Shown here in pieces: positions 59,861 to 64,000 of a stretch of 64,000 bases of DNA; within the stretch, counting starts at the first letter, position 1, and each line of letters begins with the position of its first letter. Under the pieces are notes generated by a model. That model saw only the letters and a program-made list of their open reading frames with translations. It ran no database searches and was not told the origin of the DNA. Location: positions 121,460,001-121,524,000 of the forward strand of contig NC_087437.1 of the NCBI RefSeq assembly GCF_036321535.1, given 5' to 3'. Position numbers and translations under genes: made by a program. This DNA is from Camelus dromedarius (taxonomy: Eukaryota).

Positions 59861-62581
59861 ACAAATGAAATATGTAATTGAATTAAAGTTACAAAATTTG
59901 AATCTATTTCTGTAAAAAATGTGAATTTAAGTAAACAAAGCAAAACAGTATCATGTTTTAACATTTTCAGAAAATGTTTTTCCAAAATTATTAAAAATTA
60001 GTTTTTAAAAAGTTTAAAAATATAAATTACAGTTAATATCAAATGTTGAAGTTGAAATTATTTTTAAAAGGCTGTTACCTTTAACACTTTGCATGTTAAT
60101 CACTTTACAAAACTAGGCCTTTTTAGATCCTGGGGTCTGTGGTGCGCCTGGTTGCCTGCGGAGAGCGTGTCCACGCGCCCGCGATCCGGGTGGGGCGGGC
60201 GAGGGCGCCGGTGTGCCGGGGCAGCCTGGGCTCCGGGTGCAGCCAGGAGGTCCGCGTCCTGCGCGCCCTTGGAAAGTTAATTGGAAAGGGGATGCCAGGC
60301 GTCGCTGGGAAGGGAGCTTTGTGCAAAATACAGTTGGTCGAGTTGAGAGAAAGTTCCAGGATTGACTGGTTTGTCGTTTCTCTCACGGAGGAGCTCGTCC
60401 TCCCCGTCGCTGCCCCCAGGGCAGCCCACGGTTTCTGGGGCAGTGGGCAGCGCTGTGCTGGCCCTGGTGCCGACCAGCGCCCTGATATGTGCACGCGGGC
60501 GCGCATGCGTGAGACGTGGGCCTGCTCAGTGCCCAGCAGCGCCCCAGCTGGGGCGGGAAGGGAAGGGAAGGGAGCCGGGCTGCAGGGCGGGCGGCGGGCA
60601 TCGAGGAGAGGCGCCCTGGCCCCGCACCTGGCCCCTTGCTCGGCTCCCAGAGCCTCTGCGCTGGGCTGCAGGCCTGTGACTCTGTGCAGCCCCTTTGGCC
60701 GACGGGCTGCTCGGTGGTCCTCCTTCACCGTTCTGGGAGCTCCGGGGTTTAGAGGCGACGGGCTTGGGCTGCAGGGCTTCGTGTTTGCTGTGAAGGTTGT
60801 GTCTTTCTTCCCTCCTGGTGGAATGTGTCTCTGCCGGAGCTGAAGGGTTACCTGTCCGTGCCCTGGAGTGGGGGCGCCCAGAATCGCCGCTGCTGGCCGC
60901 CCAGCACCAGTATCTGTTTGGTGAGCCAGCCGGGCTGGGGGGAGCCGGCTCCCACGTGTTGTGTCACCAGCAGGCCAGTGTGTCGCAGCCCCGGCCGAGG
61001 GCATGGGATGGGGCCGGGGCTGGCAGCGCCCGTCCCTGGGGCTCTGGCCACAGGGACCGTCCTCAGCGTCGGGGGCGGCGATGTAAACGGAGGCGCAGGA
61101 GCCGCTCTGAGAGGAAAGGTAATTGTCTTCTGTTCTGAGACGGAGATGCTGGGCCCCCCATGCGGTGCAGCGCGTTTGCGGGGTGGGGGGGCTGCTTTGT
61201 GAGGCATCTTGTCCATGCCGGTTACTTTGTGCCTTTCCTTTGAAAGTACCTCTCTTTCCGCTGGCATTTCATAGAGTTGTAGCTTGGCGCTGGCTTAGAA
61301 AGGCAGACTTTAAAAACATCTGTGAACATGCGTAGAAGTCATCTTAGCCTCAGAGAGACGTGTAGGACCCTCGGAGCCCGCAGCCCTGAGCCCCAGAGGG
61401 CTCTCCCTGGAGGCTTGGTGACGATTTAGCTGCTGCTCCTTTGCTGCTGCTCCGCGTTCCCGCTTCCCTCGCGGTAACACCACTCTTCGTGCTGTAGTAA
61501 GACTGTGGCACCGCTGTTGGTGTTTTCCTTTTAAAAACACTGAGAGCAAATTCCTTATATTCAAAATCCAGGTGATTTCAGTCTTTAATTCAACTGGAGG
61601 TTTTAGGGCATGTTTTTTTCTTAATACCAGATTCAGAAGTTGTCCATGAATATAAAACCACAGACTGCTGGCTTTGCGGTGAACTGCTGCTCTGAAGGTG
61701 TTGAGCGTTTGTGCGCTGTGAGAGGGCGTCGTAGGAGCAGGGGTGCTTCTGGGAGGGGCATCACTTACTGCTCACCGGCTGACGCGACTGGGACTCTGGC
61801 TGCCACCAGCTCGGCACCTTGGGGGTCTTCTGTGCCAGGAGAGCGTCGTCTCTGCAGGAAGTGAAACGAGCCACGGGTTCCGAGTGTGGCTTCCTGAGAG
61901 AGGGCAGGAGCAGTCGGGGCTGGAGTCAGCGACCTCCCGTGGCAGCTCCTGCCAGGTGCCAGGCGCCGTGCTCAGGGAGCTCTGCGTCTCGCACGGGAGG
62001 GGCCACCTGACGCGAGGCCTTCCCGGCGCCGAGCCCACTGGTGTGTCCAGGACAGAGGCACGTCCCCAGGGCCCGTTCCCTGCTCTCGACCCACACGCGC
62101 ATCAGGTGTCGCCGTTGGCCCTCAGCCAGGCATGAACAGCACGGCAGGGTTAAGGTGCGTGACAGAAGAGCAAGCAAGGTGGGAGCCAAGCCCGCAGGAA
62201 GCTCCGTCCAGACGCCCCGAGGCTACAGCTGCCCTGCTTTTCCGCGGCCCTTCATCACCCAGCACGAAGGCGGGGAACATCTGAGGGTCTGAGAGGAGTC
62301 CTGCCAGCTCCCTGTCGGGACTTGCTGCAGGTCAGGCGGTCTGTCCTGGCCCTGCGGTGTGCAGGCTCAGACGCCTCCGCCACCCGCGCTGGAGGCTGCT
62401 TCTTCAGTAGGAAAACCATCCCCAGACACGCTGCACTTCTGGAGCAGTGTCTGGAGAACTGGGCGCCACCAGACGCGGCGGTAAAGCTGTGCGCTGAGGG
62501 TGTGCGCTGGGCGCCCCGTGTGTGTGGGCTCGCGGTGGGCTCTGCCAGACAGCAGAAGGTGGACATTAGTGCCCGTTTCTG

Positions 62582-62684
62582 TTTATAATATGCTGTATAT
62601 TTGAAGCTAACAAAAATGCCTTTAAAAAGTTATGATTCCTATTTATAATATGCCCTATATTTGGAGCTTATAAAAATGCCTTTA
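62582..62684. repeat. Direct duplication with a 60-bp period
   Basis: 62582-62624 versus 62642-62684: TTTATAATATGC..TATATTTG.AGCT.A.AAAAATGCCTTTA, 38/43 identical. Confidence 0.9.
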
Positions 62685-63382
62685 TGAGTGCTATTAGGAC
62701 TGGCCATCCCATTTAGGAAACTGGGAGAGTTTTACAGGGTGTGAAGTGAAGCTTTCAGTGCTGTGTAATTTTGAGGTGCTCCGAATCACGTGTGTTAAAA
62801 CCTCTCCCAAGGCTGGTGTGACACGTGCCTTTGGGAGCTCAGTTACTTGTCGGCACGGGCCAGCCTGCTGCGCTCGGGGGCAGTACACTTCCAGCGGTCT
62901 TTCCCTGCTCCTGAGCCACCCACGCGGTCACTGCCTCCCACGGCGCAGGCTGTCGGCTGTTGACGCTGTGTGAGACTCAGGTGCGTTAGCTCAGTCGTCA
63001 GAAAACTATGATTGGAAGAGAATAATGTGCAATTTAAACACTGCCCAGGAGCCTCCAGAGCCGAGGCGGCTGCCTTGGCAGGTGCTGCCAGCCCAGGACC
63101 CGAGGCGGGCCTGGAGCCCAGGTCACACCACGGGGACAGTTGGACCCGTGCACAAGCCCTCCCCGGGCCCCGCCAGCCCATGGAGGCAGGCTGCTGGGGG
63201 ATGGGCCCTGAAGACTCTGTGACGTCCTTTCTTCATAAATTGAGCTGATCGTGGACACAGACCGTCCCTGAGGAGCAGGCAGCTGTCATGCCAGGCTTCC
63301 TCCCTGGTTCCTCCTTGCTGAGAGAGCGCCTTTTAGTGAAGTGCAGAGCATGTGACAGCGGGGGTATGGGGTGAAGGGCACT

Positions 63383-63725
63383 TATCCATCCATCCACCCA
63401 TCCACCCACCCAGCATCCATTCATCCACCCATCTCCCCATCCATCCACCAGTCCATCCATTCATCTGTCTGTCCATCCACCCATCCACCCACCTACCTAT
63501 CTACCTACCCACTCTGTCCATCCACCCACTCATCTATCCACCCACCCATACACCTATCTATTCATCCATCCACCGACCCATCCCCTCACCTACTCATCCA
63601 TCCACCAATCCATCCATTCATCTGTCCCTCCACCTACCCACTCTGTCTGTCCACTCCCACCCACCTACTCATGCATCATCCATTCATCCACCCACCCATC
63701 TACCATCCATCCGTCCATCTATCCA
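63383..63725. repeat. Degenerate (CCAT/CCAC)n simple repeat
   Basis: Read directly. It abuts ATTAAGCCTTCTGTGTGCCAG, which resembles an antisense L2 tail. Confidence 0.92.
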
Positions 63726-64000
63726 GCAGGTGGCCATTAAGCCTTCTGTGTGCCAGCACCAGGCATCTGGGCGTGCATGAGACAGGTGTGGGTGACAGGG
63801 TGGCAGGGGCAGAGGGACGGCTTCAGCTTTCAGGCTTGGGGTTTGCTCTAGAGTGGGCTATGAAGCGCCGTTTGGCGAGGAGGGTGGATCCGTGTGATGC
63901 GCTGCTGCTGTGCTGTGTAGGTCAGGAGCCAGTCTCTGGCCGGAGTGGGAGAGGCGCTCAGGTCCTGAGAGTGGCTGACCCCTGGTGACCAGCAGCGGTC

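Larger units (their letters stand above)
1668..64000 (+). other. AFAP1: Long first intron of the host gene; tentatively AFAP1 (actin filament-associated protein 1) intron 1
   Basis: No recognisable coding exon in ~62 kb of repeat-rich sequence. A non-coding CpG-island exon 1 of ~200-270 nt followed by a >60 kb GC-rich intron fits my recollection of human AFAP1, where the ATG lies in exon 2 (MEELIVELRLF..., not present in this window). The identity is an inference and was not verified by alignment. Confidence 0.4.

Noticed and set aside
63352..63988. His/Pro-rich ORFs (IHPPIH..., PSIHPS...)
   Set aside because: These are translations of the (CCAT)n simple repeat.

Overview
This is mammalian genomic DNA, not prokaryotic: no operons, CRISPR arrays, rRNA or true tRNA genes were seen. 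It is most likely a camelid (alpaca/llama/camel), judged from two tRNA-Ala-derived vic-1-type SINEs and a young L1 whose 3' UTR I recall as camelid-type. The window holds a large CpG-island promoter (~950-2870) with a probable non-coding first exon on + (donor GAG|GTGAGG after 1667). The following ~62 kb look like one very GC/CpG-rich first intron. I found no convincing host protein-coding exon; the exon architecture tentatively suggests AFAP1, but this is from memory and unverified. The only real protein homology among the ORFs is the C-terminus of L1 ORF2p (zinc knuckle) in a 5'-truncated L1 with a perfect target-site duplication. The other ORFs read as GC-rich open-frame noise. The intron carries a second CpG island (~25.2-25.9 kb), a hierarchical minisatellite beside the promoter, several candidate cassette exons, and many old L1/L2/MIR/MER/MLT fragments. 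The most notable signal is an apparent AT-to-GC substitution bias in the old repeats together with an excess of poly-G/C runs, consistent with GC-biased gene conversion. I found no evidence of a novel multi-gene system. Repeat family calls and boundaries were made by eye against remembered consensus sequences and need RepeatMasker/Dfam confirmation.
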